A DNA stretch of 64,000 bases. Source: Vulcanimicrobiota bacterium. GTDB taxonomy: Bacteria > Vulcanimicrobiota > Vulcanimicrobiia > Vulcanimicrobiales > Vulcanimicrobiaceae. The notes beneath the pieces are model-generated. The model made no database searches. It was not told the DNA's origin and was given only the letters and a program-made list of their open reading frames with translations. The stretch is taken from assembly GCA_963723515.1 (NCBI GenBank), contig CAVRQT010000003.1, forward strand, positions 512,001-576,000, read 5' to 3'. This document shows positions 1-8,906 of this stretch, one piece after another (the stretch's first letter is position 1; each line of letters begins with the position of its first letter). The translations under genes and the position numbers were made by a program.

Positions 1-1
1 G

Positions 2-337
2 GGTGCCGTCGGTTCGCAGCTCGGCCGAATTCTGGCGCAGAAGATGCCGAACCCAAAAGCGGGCACCGTGTCGCCGAATATCGCCCAAGCGTTGCGGGAC
101 ATCAAAGCCGGCAAGGTTGAGTATCGCTTGGACAAGACCGGCATCGTTCACACGATCGTCGGCAAAGCCGCCTTTGAAGACGCGCATCTGGCAGAAAACG
201 TCACGACGTTACTCGATGCAATCGTGCGTGCGAAACCCGCTGCGGCGAAAGGGACGTACCTAAAGAGCATCACCTTGACGAGCACGATGGGCCCGGGCGT
301 CCGAGTCGATCCGAATAAGATCAAGGCAAACGCCTAG
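2..337 (+). CDS. rplA: 50S ribosomal protein L1 (5' truncated by window edge)
   Basis: Open frame from base 2: [23 protein letters not shown]...[18 protein letters not shown], the typical L1 C-terminal half. Confidence 0.97.
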   Translation, partial: GAVGSQLGRILAQKMPNPKAGTVSPNIAQALRDIKAGKVEYRLDKTGIVHTIVGKAAFEDAHLAENVTTLLDAIVRAKPAAAKGTYLKSITLTSTMGPGVRVDPNKIKANA

Positions 338-365
338 GCCGATCTCTCCAAAGCACAAGCAATAA

Positions 366-393
366 AAAAGGCCGCTGACGACAGCGGCCTTTT
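366..393. terminator. Bidirectional intrinsic terminator
   Basis: AAAAGGCCGCTG-acga-CAGCGGCCTTTT perfect inverted repeat between convergent genes. Confidence 0.85.
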
Positions 394-411
394 ACGATCC
401 GGTCGTGCAGT

Positions 412-1011
412 TCAGAGGCGCGCCGTCGCCCTCGAATCAATCGTGTTGTGCACGTCGTAAAACGTGATGCGCGGCTCCGGTGCTCCCGCGTCTTTTAACG
501 CGCTGCCGAGTTGCGATTGAACGAAACGCTCGAAATCCTGGCGCGACGCCCAATGGTCGATGACACGCAATCCGTTCGGCGTCTTCATCGAGCAGTGAAA
601 GATCAGCCCCTGCGGCGGTGACTGAACGATTCCCATGCCGGCATTCACCTCATCATATTTGCGCGTCAGATCCTCGGCGTCTCCCTGAAGTTCAACGAGG
701 ACGCCGGTCCCTTTCCGGCTGCTCCCTTTGCCGTTGATCGTCTTGTAGACGTCGCTGAAATCGATTTGCGGTTGCGGCACACCGTGCTTTTGCGTCAGCG
801 GACCGATCTGCTCTTGAGCAAATTTGTCGAAATCAGCGCGCGTTTCCCAGACATCGCAAATCAACAAGCCACCATCTGGATTCGGCGCGCACCAATGGTA
901 GATGGCGCCTTTGGCGGGGTTGTCTTGAACGCCCATCTCATCGACGATCCGATCGTAAAGATCGGTGGCGTTCTCGACTCTTGGGAAACGCTGAACCACA
1001 CAAACAGCCAT
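412..1011 (-). CDS. Hypothetical protein made of two tandem ~95 aa repeats (ABM/dimeric alpha+beta barrel-like)
   Basis: Repeats align: YDxxxxxMG..G.I(Y/F)H..GL...D(V/H)W..R.DF..F...P.P.I.F.DV..TI. ATG at 1011 is preceded by GGAG. Confidence 0.7.
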   Translation of the reverse strand: MAVCVVQRFPRVENATDLYDRIVDEMGVQDNPAKGAIYHWCAPNPDGGLLICDVWETRADFDKFAQEQIGPLTQKHGVPQPQIDFSDVYKTINGKGSSRKGTGVLVELQGDAEDLTRKYDEVNAGMGIVQSPPQGLIFHCSMKTPNGLRVIDHWASRQDFERFVQSQLGSALKDAGAPEPRITFYDVHNTIDSRATARL

Positions 1012-1100
1012 AGTAGCTCCCTTCAAAGCTGAAGTTCGGGGCTCGATTCTCTCACAGTCGCCGACGGGCGGCAATACGCAGGTTCACCGATGAATACAAA

Positions 1101-1126
1101 GAGGGCCGGCATAACTGCCGGCCCTC
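1101..1126 (-). terminator. Intrinsic terminator
   Basis: GAGGGCCGGCA-taac-TGCCGGCCCTC, followed by a short T tract on the minus strand, downstream of the 1151 stop. Confidence 0.7.
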
Positions 1127-1150
1127 CGAACCAGTTGGCTTTAAGAGGCG

Positions 1151-2086
1151 TTACTGAACGCAGCCGCCCGCCGAATTGCTCCAGAGAGGTTGCGTGGGGA
1201 ACGTGCCGGTGGAGAATGAGTTGTTCTGAAGATTCATCCAGGCACACTTGTCTCCAGTTTCCTCGCCGCTGCCATCGTACCAGGCGTTGAGTTGCGGATC
1301 GGTCATCGTTTCGGCTTGCTCGTGGCCGCCGACGATCGTCACGCCGTCAAGCGTGCCGGGGCTGTTGACCGAGCCTGCGCCGCAGCTTTGTCCGGCATCG
1401 GGCATGTACGGCATGTAGGTCCAGGACACGGTGCCGCTGCCGGATGACGTCGTGCTGTGATAAGCACACCACTGCGTTCCGAAACCGGACTGCGAGTGGC
1501 CGTGCGGCGTTGCGACGATGTAGTTCGTTGAAACGGAGTAGCTGCCGCTAAAATGCGAAAGTGCGCGTACCGCTTCGGCGGCAAGCTTTGCCTGCGTAAT
1601 CCGGCGTGGCAGTGCGTTTGTGTTATCCGACCACGTGCTGATCAGCATTCCCATCTGGTTGCCGACGTGGCCGCCGCTGTCGGTGTATTGCGTCTGCGAG
1701 CTAAGCCACTGGCTGCCGCCCACACCGCCGAAGAACGATTGCATTTGCGGCCCTACGCCTGAGGGGTCGCTGCCCTTCCATCCCCAGTACACGACGTAAA
1801 TGTGCGGGGTGTGCTGCACGGGACCGCCGTGCCAGGTCAGATTTGCGCCGGCAGCTGGAACCGGTCCCGGGGCGTGTCCGGGCAGAATCCCTGCGGCTTC
1901 TTTGGTCAGCATGATGTGCGCAACCGCGCCGGTTTGCGGATCGCGCATCGTATAGGACGGCGCCGTCGCCGGCGCGAGGTTCAGATTTGGTGAGTTTGCC
2001 GGGAGCGATGTGCCGCTGTTTCCGCTGCACGCGGCGAGCACGGCTCCGAAGGCAAGAATGAGATACGTTTTGGGATTACGGTGCAT
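1151..2086 (-). CDS. Lipoprotein with PHI-1/EXORDIUM-like domain
   Basis: Lipobox LAAC; motifs LTWHGGPV..IYVVYWG, CAYH, HEQAETMTDP, AWY..GEETGDKC. Confidence 0.7.
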   Translation of the reverse strand: MHRNPKTYLILAFGAVLAACSGNSGTSLPANSPNLNLAPATAPSYTMRDPQTGAVAHIMLTKEAAGILPGHAPGPVPAAGANLTWHGGPVQHTPHIYVVYWGWKGSDPSGVGPQMQSFFGGVGGSQWLSSQTQYTDSGGHVGNQMGMLISTWSDNTNALPRRITQAKLAAEAVRALSHFSGSYSVSTNYIVATPHGHSQSGFGTQWCAYHSTTSSGSGTVSWTYMPYMPDAGQSCGAGSVNSPGTLDGVTIVGGHEQAETMTDPQLNAWYDGSGEETGDKCAWMNLQNNSFSTGTFPTQPLWSNSAGGCVQ

Positions 2087-2172
2087 CCAGACGTCTCCTA
2101 AGCTGGTGGGAAGTGAAGTAACTTCGCCCCAATGTTGCAACTGCTAGGACCCTTCCTTCTTCATCCTTCCAC

Positions 2173-2201
2173 TTGCGCCAGAAGGGCGGTTCCGGTATGA
2201 T
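2173..2201 (+). promoter_or_regulatory. Sigma70-type promoter for rplJL
   Basis: TTGCGC-17 bp-TATGAT immediately upstream of the L10 leader. Confidence 0.6.
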
Positions 2202-2210
2202 AGCCGACGG

Positions 2211-2282
2211 CTCCGAAGACTGTAGGTCCCTCTCTCGGACAAGCCGAGGGTAGGATAATGCGCAAGCGCCTACCGAGGACGG
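2211..2282 (+). ncRNA. Ribosomal protein L10 leader (autogenous regulatory RNA)
   Basis: CCGAAGACTGTAGG...ATAATG..CCTACCGAGG pattern upstream of rplJ, resembling the conserved L10 leader core. Confidence 0.75.
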
Positions 2283-2310
2283 CATGAAGGTGGAGGGCTC
2301 GATTCGATCG

Positions 2311-2334
2311 CCCTTCGACAAGCTCAGGGTGACA
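2311..2334 (+). repeat. REP-like repeat inside the rplJ leader
   Basis: CCCTTCGACAAGCTCAGGGTGACA, identical to 3534-3557. Confidence 0.85.
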
Positions 2335-2362
2335 CTGAGGGTACCCGAGCGACAGATTTCAT

Positions 2363-2389
2363 GGCGCTCTCGACCAGGAGCGCCTTTTT
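2363..2389 (+). terminator. Attenuator-type terminator in the rplJ leader
   Basis: GGCGCTC-tcgaccag-GAGCGCC-TTTTT, 35 bp before the rplJ start. Confidence 0.65.
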
Positions 2390-2424
2390 CATTTCCACAC
2401 TACGCCTGACGAAGTGGGACGTTT

Positions 2425-2958
2425 ATGCCAACCGCAAAGAAAGAAGCCGCCGTCGATGAGCTCAAAGAGCGCATCGCTCAGGCCGACAACCTGATCTTCA
2501 CCAACTACGCTGGCCTGAGCGTCGGAGACATCTCGCGTTTGCGAGGCGAGTTGCGTAAGGACGGCAACTCCTACGCGGTCGTAAAGAATACGCTCTTCGC
2601 GCGCGCTGCGGGCGAGGAGCTCGCGCGCCAATTCGAGGCGTTGCTCGCCGGACCGACGGGCATCGTCTTTGCTGGTAGCGATCCGGTTGCCCCGGCGAAG
2701 GCGCTCAAGACATTTTCCGACTCGGTCAAGCCGATCCAAATCAAAGCGGCGTACATCGACGGCAAGGTCGTCGATGTCTCGCAGGTCAACGCGCTGGCGG
2801 CATTACCGCCGCGGCTCGAGTTGATCGGCCGCTTGGTCGGATCGATCGCGAGCCCGCTTCGCGGCCTCGTCACCGTCCTCTCAGGAAATCAAAGCGGACT
2901 CCTCCGCGTCCTCAATGCAATCCGCGAGCAAAGAGAAGCCGCGGGAAGCGCTGCTTAA
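2425..2958 (+). CDS. rplJ: 50S ribosomal protein L10
   Basis: NYAGLSV..LRGELR..VVKNTLF..LAGPTG..LAALPPR..LVGSIASP. Confidence 0.97.
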   Translation: MPTAKKEAAVDELKERIAQADNLIFTNYAGLSVGDISRLRGELRKDGNSYAVVKNTLFARAAGEELARQFEALLAGPTGIVFAGSDPVAPAKALKTFSDSVKPIQIKAAYIDGKVVDVSQVNALAALPPRLELIGRLVGSIASPLRGLVTVLSGNQSGLLRVLNAIREQREAAGSAA

Positions 2959-2976
2959 CAGAAAGGTTCTTGTACC

Positions 2977-3351
2977 ATGGCCCTCCCCGAACTGATTGAA
3001 CAAATTGACAAACTGACCGTCTTAGAGCTGGCGGATCTCGTCAAACAGCTCGAAGAGAAGTACGGCGTCTCAGCCGCTGCACCGGTGGCGATGATGCCGG
3101 CGAGCGGCGCGGCCGCTCCGGGCGCGGCTGCTCCGGAGCAGACGGAGTTCGATGCGGTCCTCGCTGAAGTCGGCGCCGAGAAGATCAAGGTCATCAAGGC
3201 GGTGCGCGAGATCACGACGCTCGGCTTGACCGAAGCGAAGACCTTCGTCGAGAGCGCGCCGAAGCCGATCAAACAAGGCATTCCGAAAGACGAGGCCGAG
3301 GCGATCAAAAAGAAACTCGAGGAAGTCGGCGCTAAGGTCGAGATCAAGTAG
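2977..3351 (+). CDS. rplL: 50S ribosomal protein L7/L12
   Basis: [47 protein letters not shown]. Confidence 0.98.
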   Translation: MALPELIEQIDKLTVLELADLVKQLEEKYGVSAAAPVAMMPASGAAAPGAAAPEQTEFDAVLAEVGAEKIKVIKAVREITTLGLTEAKTFVESAPKPIKQGIPKDEAEAIKKKLEEVGAKVEIK

Positions 3352-3367
3352 CGCCCCCTGCTGCTTC

Positions 3368-3684
3368 GTCATGCTTCGACAGGCTCAGCATCGACACTGG
3401 GACACGCGCGCGAGCATCTCGATTGGTGCGATGGCAACATCCCGCCGAACAGCACGCGTCCCCTGTGTCACACTGAGCTTAGCCTGCACTGAGCTTGACG
3501 ACAGTGTCGAAATGTGACCGTAGATTATCGCGGCCCTTCGACAAGCTCAGGGTGACAGTACGCGCTTCGGACAAGCTCAATGTGACACAGGGACACGCGC
3601 GCGAGCATCTCGATTAGTGCGATGGCAACATGGCGCCGAACAGCACGCGTCCCCTGTGTCACACTGAGCTTGTCGAAGTCTGAC
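3368..3684. repeat. Cluster of REP-like repeats containing two 88 bp REPIN-like units (3393-3480, 3584-3671)
   Basis: The two units differ at 4 positions and are flanked by inverted CTTCGACA(A/G)GCTCA / TGAGCTT(GTCGAAG) arms. Confidence 0.9.
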
Positions 3685-3710
3685 ATAAGGCAATCGCGCA
3701 GCGCTAGCTA

Positions 3711-4193
3711 ATGTATCACCAGTCGCCGCTCACATACCTCATCATCCTCGCCGCGCTGGCGCTGGTGATCTTTCGCAACTTGCGGCCTCAGACGCTGACG
3801 ATCTCTCGCCTCTGGCTGATGCCGCTCATCTTACTGCTGCTGGTCGGCGTTTCGTTTTGGGCGACGGCGATCGAGTTGCCGCAGAGGCTGCTTTGGATGC
3901 CGGCGGTCGGGGTCGTCATCGGTTTGGCGCTCGGCATCCCATTTGGAATCTTGCGCGGCCGCCATAGTAAGATGCGCGCCGGCAACAAAAAAGGGACGAT
4001 CGTCATCGAGCCCTCGACGATCACCCTCGTGCTCTTCTTCGTGGCCTTTGCGGCGCGCTATCTGATCCGATTTTTCGTGCCGTCCGCAGGCCCGGTCGCG
4101 ATCGCGCCGGCCGACGGCTTTCTCGCGTTCGCGATCGCCTCGGTGATCGCGTCGCGCTACATCTTATATACGCGCTTTAAAGCGCTGGCTTAA
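3711..4193 (+). CDS. CcdC/DUF1453-like membrane protein
   Basis: Several hydrophobic helices; R..RPQ....RLW..P and G...G..RG pattern. Confidence 0.6.
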   Translation: MYHQSPLTYLIILAALALVIFRNLRPQTLTISRLWLMPLILLLLVGVSFWATAIELPQRLLWMPAVGVVIGLALGIPFGILRGRHSKMRAGNKKGTIVIEPSTITLVLFFVAFAARYLIRFFVPSAGPVAIAPADGFLAFAIASVIASRYILYTRFKALA

Positions 4194-4984
4194 TGACTGC
4201 TGGGCCGGAAGCGGTCGGAGCGAAAGCCCGATTCATTTATGGGTGTCGCCGTCGCCATATCGCTGCTGAAGCGCCCGAAAATCGCCGGATTGGCGGCAAA
4301 CTCGCTCTGTAAGTCCGAGATCCGATGGTCGTCCCGCGGATGGTCAGAGAGAAACTCCGGCGGATGTCCGCCGCTCGGATGAGCTTCGTAATGCTCGAAA
4401 AGCCATACCATACCCCACGGATTGATGCCGGCTTGGGCGCAGGTCACGGCGCCTTTAGCATCCGCCGCATGCTCGACGCCTCGCGAGAAGTTGAGGCCGA
4501 TCAGTTGATCTGCTGAACCCAAGACGAAGTTCGAGAAACCTCGTCCGCCAAGCAGCAGCGATGCAATGTTGGCGAGCAAATCGACATTCTGCTGCCGATG
4601 CGCCAAACCCACGACGTCGTGGTGAATCGTGTGCGATGTTTCATGGCAAAGCACGCCGGCCAACTCTTCCTTATTTTGCACGAAAGACATCATTGAATCG
4701 GTTACGTACACGTTTCCGCCCGGGACGGAAAACGCGTTCGGCGATTTTTCGTGCACGAGGATGAACCGGAACGGCGTATCGTACTGCGGGTCCGCAACGC
4801 GCTTGATGCGCTGCGCAATAGGATTGAGGATATTGTAGTAGGGCGAGTTGTTGATGATCTCGCCCCGCCGCGCGAGCTCCGCGTACACTTGCTGGCCGAT
4901 CTGCTGCTCGCTTTGGGCGAGCGCCGGAGAAGCCGGCCCGATCAGCAGTCCGACGCCGACGATCAGTGCAAAAAGACGTTTCAT
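4190..4984 (-). CDS. Secreted M48 family zinc metallopeptidase
   Basis: Signal peptide; PNAFSVPGG, ELAGVLCHETSH (HExxH), FSR..E..AD, FLSDHP. Confidence 0.9.
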   Translation of the reverse strand: MKRLFALIVGVGLLIGPASPALAQSEQQIGQQVYAELARRGEIINNSPYYNILNPIAQRIKRVADPQYDTPFRFILVHEKSPNAFSVPGGNVYVTDSMMSFVQNKEELAGVLCHETSHTIHHDVVGLAHRQQNVDLLANIASLLLGGRGFSNFVLGSADQLIGLNFSRGVEHAADAKGAVTCAQAGINPWGMVWLFEHYEAHPSGGHPPEFLSDHPRDDHRISDLQSEFAANPAIFGRFSSDMATATPINESGFRSDRFRPSSH

Positions 4985-5020
4985 CTACACTACTAGAACG
5001 CGGCTCGCGGCCGGTTTGGT

Positions 5021-7163
5021 TTAGTGTACCAAGAACCCGACCAAGAGCAAGGCGACGATGTTCAGGACCTTGATCATCGGGTTGATTGCCGGTCCGGCCG
5101 TGTCCTTATAGGGATCGCCCACCGTATCGCCCGTCACCGCCGCCGCGTGAGCGACCGATCCCTTGCCGCCTAAGTTGCCGTCCTCGATGAACTTCTTCGC
5201 GTTGTCCCAGGCACCGCCGCCGCTCGTGAACGAAATCGCGACGAACAGTCCCGTGACGATCGAGCCGACGAGAATGCCGCCCATCATCTGCGCGCCCGCA
5301 TTCCCCGGCAAAACGTTGAAGTAACTCAAGAGCACGACGATAATTGGGACGCCGACCGGGATCAACGCCGGCACGATCATCTCTTTGAGCGCCGCGCGCG
5401 TGACGATGTCAACGGTCGTGGCGTAATTCGGCCGCGCCGTGCCTTGCATGATGCCCGGAATCTCGCGGAATTGGCGGCGCACTTCCTCGACGACCGCGCC
5501 GCCGGCGCGTCCGACCGCCTCCATCGACAGCGACGAAAAGAGATACGGCAACAGACCGCCGATCAGCAGCCCGGCCAGCACGTACGGTTCGCCGATGCCG
5601 AAGGTTACCGGATGCGTTGCGCACGCAGCGCTTGCCGCGGCGTGACACTTATCGCTCAGCTCGCGCAGGAACGAGGCAAATAAAACCACCGCCGCCAGCG
5701 CCGCCGAACCGATCGCGTAGCCCTTGGTCACGGCCTTCGTCGTATTGCCGACCGCATCGAGCGGATCGGTGACGCCGCGTACGTCCGCCGGCAAGTCGGC
5801 CATCTCCGCGATGCCGCCCGCGTTATCGGTAATGGGACCAAACGAATCGATCGCGACGATGATGCCCGCCATTGAGAGCATCGCCATAACCGCGATACCA
5901 ACGCCGTAGAGACCTGCGAGTGCGAATGACACTAAGATGCCGGCAACGATCACGATCGCGGGAAGCGCGGTCGATTGCATCGAGACGGCAAGACCGCTGA
6001 TGATGTTTGTCGCGTGACCCGTAATCGAAGCGTTCGCAATCCGATGAACGGGCGAATACTGTGTTCCCGTGTAGTATTCGGTGATGAACGTGATGAGGCC
6101 GGTGATCACCAAACCAATCAACGCGCAGACAAAAATTGCCCACGCCGGCACATCGTGACTCATGCCGATCGTTGCCGCCGGAATTCCAGCACCGAATTGC
6201 GCGCGGTTGACGAAATAGAACAGAATTGCGGCGAGGACCGCCGAGCTAATGAGTCCCTGATACAGCGCGTTCATGATCTTTCCGCGCCCACCGCGAGCCA
6301 TGCGCACGAAGAATGTGCCGATGATCGAGGCGACGATCGACGCGCGCGCCGAGCACGATCGGAAACGTTACCGCGCCCGGAATGCTCCGCAGCACGAGAT
6401 ATCCGAGCAGCATCGCTGCCACGGTCGTGACGACGTACGTTTCAAAGAGATCGGCCGCCATGCCGGCGCAGTCACCGACATTATCGCCGACATTATCCGC
6501 AATGACGGCCGGATTGCGCGGGTCGTCTTCCGGAATACCGGCTTCGACTTTGCCGACGAGATCCGCGCCAACGTCCGCTGCTTTCGTATAGATTCCGCCG
6601 CCCAAGCGCGCAAAAACCGAGATCAGCGAACATCCAAACGCGAGCCCGATCATTGCGGCCAGCGACCGCGCCTGGTCGCCGTGATTGATCGTGAGCAGAA
6701 TCCAGTAATAACCGCTGACCGCGAGCAGTCCGAGACCGACGACGAGCAGTCCCGTGACCGCGCCGCCGCGGAAGGCAACCTTCAGCGCCGGCGCGAGCCC
6801 GCTGCGCGCGGCTTCCGCGGTGCGAACGTTCGCGCGCACCGAGACGATCATGCCGATGAAGCCTGCCGAACCGGAGAGAATGGCGCCGATAATAAACCCG
6901 ATTGCCGCCTCTACGCCGAGCGATGGCGCGATTGCGATCAGTATCGCAAGAAGCACCGCGACGATGAGAATCGTCGAATATTGGCGCACCAAAAACGCCA
7001 TTGCGCCTTCTTGAATGGCAACCGCGATCTCGCGCATGCGTTCGTTGCCCGCTGGGCGCCGTAAGACCCAACCGATTAAGTAGATGCCGTAAAGAATTGC
7101 TAAAACGCCGGCGCCTAGGCCGGCGTAAAGAGCGTACTGGGTTGCGATGCCGGTCGCTGTCAT
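5021..7163 (-). CDS. hppA: Membrane-bound ion-translocating pyrophosphatase, frameshifted near 6345 (probable sequence error)
   Basis: [51 protein letters not shown]. The two ORFs join at a GCGCGCG run. Confidence 0.92.
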
Positions 7164-7286
7164 GAACTCCCTTCGTTACGTGCTGAAAAGACGGGGCAAG
7201 GTTGCTCTTTTAAGGGAGCGAGTCCTTGTTCGATTTGCTCATAATCTGCGTCGAACGCGCTGCTCGCAAACGGGTACAACAGTAGC

Positions 7287-7646
7287 ATGACGACAGCAAC
7301 AGTTACCGATCTGCGAAAACATCCTCCACGCAGTCCGTTCGAGCAACTCGACGGCATGATGCTCCTTCCGCGCGCGATCGATAAGGCGCGTGCCTATATC
7401 GCAGGCACGCTTGGCGACTATGTGTATTGCGGATGTTCGGTCAACGCGCAGCTTTTTGAAACGCTCGGCATCACGGAAGATGAGTTTCTCGAAGCGGTGC
7501 GGACGTCACGCGACGACGAAGACGTCGCAGCCTGGATTCGCGACCGCGTACGTCCCGATCCGGCGCGCATTGCGACGATGAACCATCGCGTCACGCACGA
7601 CTCGCACATCGACGAGATCGCGAAGGAAGAAGGCTACAAAGCGTAA
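7287..7646 (+). CDS. DUF5069-like protein
   Basis: DLRKHPPRSP...LPRAIDKARA..AGTLGDY.Y.C pattern. Confidence 0.7.
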   Translation: MTTATVTDLRKHPPRSPFEQLDGMMLLPRAIDKARAYIAGTLGDYVYCGCSVNAQLFETLGITEDEFLEAVRTSRDDEDVAAWIRDRVRPDPARIATMNHRVTHDSHIDEIAKEEGYKA

Positions 7647-7702
7647 TCCGCAGGCGCTAACACGCCAGGCGCGCGGCGCGGCCGCGCGCAATAGAGCGAC
7701 GC

Positions 7703-8890
7703 ATGGAAGCCACGGAGCTGCTGGTCGTAGGGTGCGGGCCTTCGGGCGGCATCGCTGCGCGCGATGCGGCGGCGTATGGTCTCCAATGCGTCGTTCTTGA
7801 AAAAGATGCAGTCGTCGGCGTGAAGCGCGTCTGCGCCGCCGGCTTGCGCCCGGGATTCTGCGAACAATTCAACGTTCCGCGTTCGATCGTGCATTGCGAT
7901 CCCGCGCGTCTGGCGTTGTACGATGAGGCAGGGGCGTGCCACCAGTTCGAGGTCGGTCCCGCGCATACAACAACACGTGAAGAGCTCGATGGAACGATAG
8001 CCGATCTGGCGCGCAAAGCAGGCGCCGAGATTCGGTGCCGGGCGCTCTTCCGCTCGATTGAAATCGAAAACGACCGGTGTATCGTCGAATACGCCGACGG
8101 GCAAACCGGCACGCGCAAACGGATCTGCGCCCGCTTCGTCTTCTTTGCAAATGGTGCGACGGCGCACTTTGACCAAGACAGCCCGTTCCGGCTTGCGCGC
8201 TGGGCGAACGGCATGCTGACGTGCTTTCAACATCGCGTATATCCCGAGAGGCCGGCTGCGCCCGATGCGTATGAGACGCTCGAACTGCATTATTACCGTA
8301 CGCAGGAAGGCCGCCAAGTCGTCGGCTGGATGTTCCCCAAGCGCGATCATCTCGCGGTCGGATTGGGTGTCGTGGGCAAGATCGACGGTGCGCGACTGCG
8401 CGCTGAACTCAACCGCTTTGCGCAACGCGTTGCGGCGCGACTGTATCCCGGCGTGAGGCAAACGATTCGCGAAGAAGGGCATCTGCTATACGGTGGATTG
8501 CCGCGACCCGTGATTGCGCGCGGCGCAGCAATGGTCGGTGGAACGGCCGCGGGGCTCGTTGACGCCTCAAACGGCGAAGGTATTTACGAAGCGGCGTTCA
8601 GTGGAAGGCTCGGTGCTGAGGCGTGCAAACGCTTTCGCAATGCTCCTATGCGTGCGGCCGCAGAATACGCCAAGGCGGTGCACGAAAAATTCTACTCACG
8701 TTTGCGCCGCCGCGTCGCGCTGATGCATTTTCTCGAACGCAAGCCGCGCCGGTTCGGCATTCTGTTCAAACAGCTCGCGAACACGCCGTATCTGCGAGCG
8801 CTCTTGGAGCGTGAGGACGACGAACTGAACTTTAGCCAGCGAGCTTATCTTCTTGGCCAAGCGCTGCGCTTCGCGGCGCAAGCGATCTAA
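7703..8890 (+). CDS. Geranylgeranyl reductase-like FAD-dependent oxidoreductase
   Basis: VVGCGPSGG Rossmann motif, VLEK, CAAGL, GWMFPK, AAGLVD..GEGI. Confidence 0.8.
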   Translation: MEATELLVVGCGPSGGIAARDAAAYGLQCVVLEKDAVVGVKRVCAAGLRPGFCEQFNVPRSIVHCDPARLALYDEAGACHQFEVGPAHTTTREELDGTIADLARKAGAEIRCRALFRSIEIENDRCIVEYADGQTGTRKRICARFVFFANGATAHFDQDSPFRLARWANGMLTCFQHRVYPERPAAPDAYETLELHYYRTQEGRQVVGWMFPKRDHLAVGLGVVGKIDGARLRAELNRFAQRVAARLYPGVRQTIREEGHLLYGGLPRPVIARGAAMVGGTAAGLVDASNGEGIYEAAFSGRLGAEACKRFRNAPMRAAAEYAKAVHEKFYSRLRRRVALMHFLERKPRRFGILFKQLANTPYLRALLEREDDELNFSQRAYLLGQALRFAAQAI

Positions 8891-8906
8891 GATGATCTAA
8901 CGACCG

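Noticed and set aside
3368..3684. Repeat cluster as a CRISPR array
   Set aside because: The repeats occur in both orientations with irregular spacing, the intervening sequences are near-identical rather than unique, and there are no cas genes
6273..8482. Long antisense or alternate-frame ORFs (e.g. 6273-7064, 7634-8482; also 19030-19776, 44283-45041, 62393-63427)
   Set aside because: They are shadow ORFs expected in high-GC DNA, overlap well-supported genes and show no recognisable motifs
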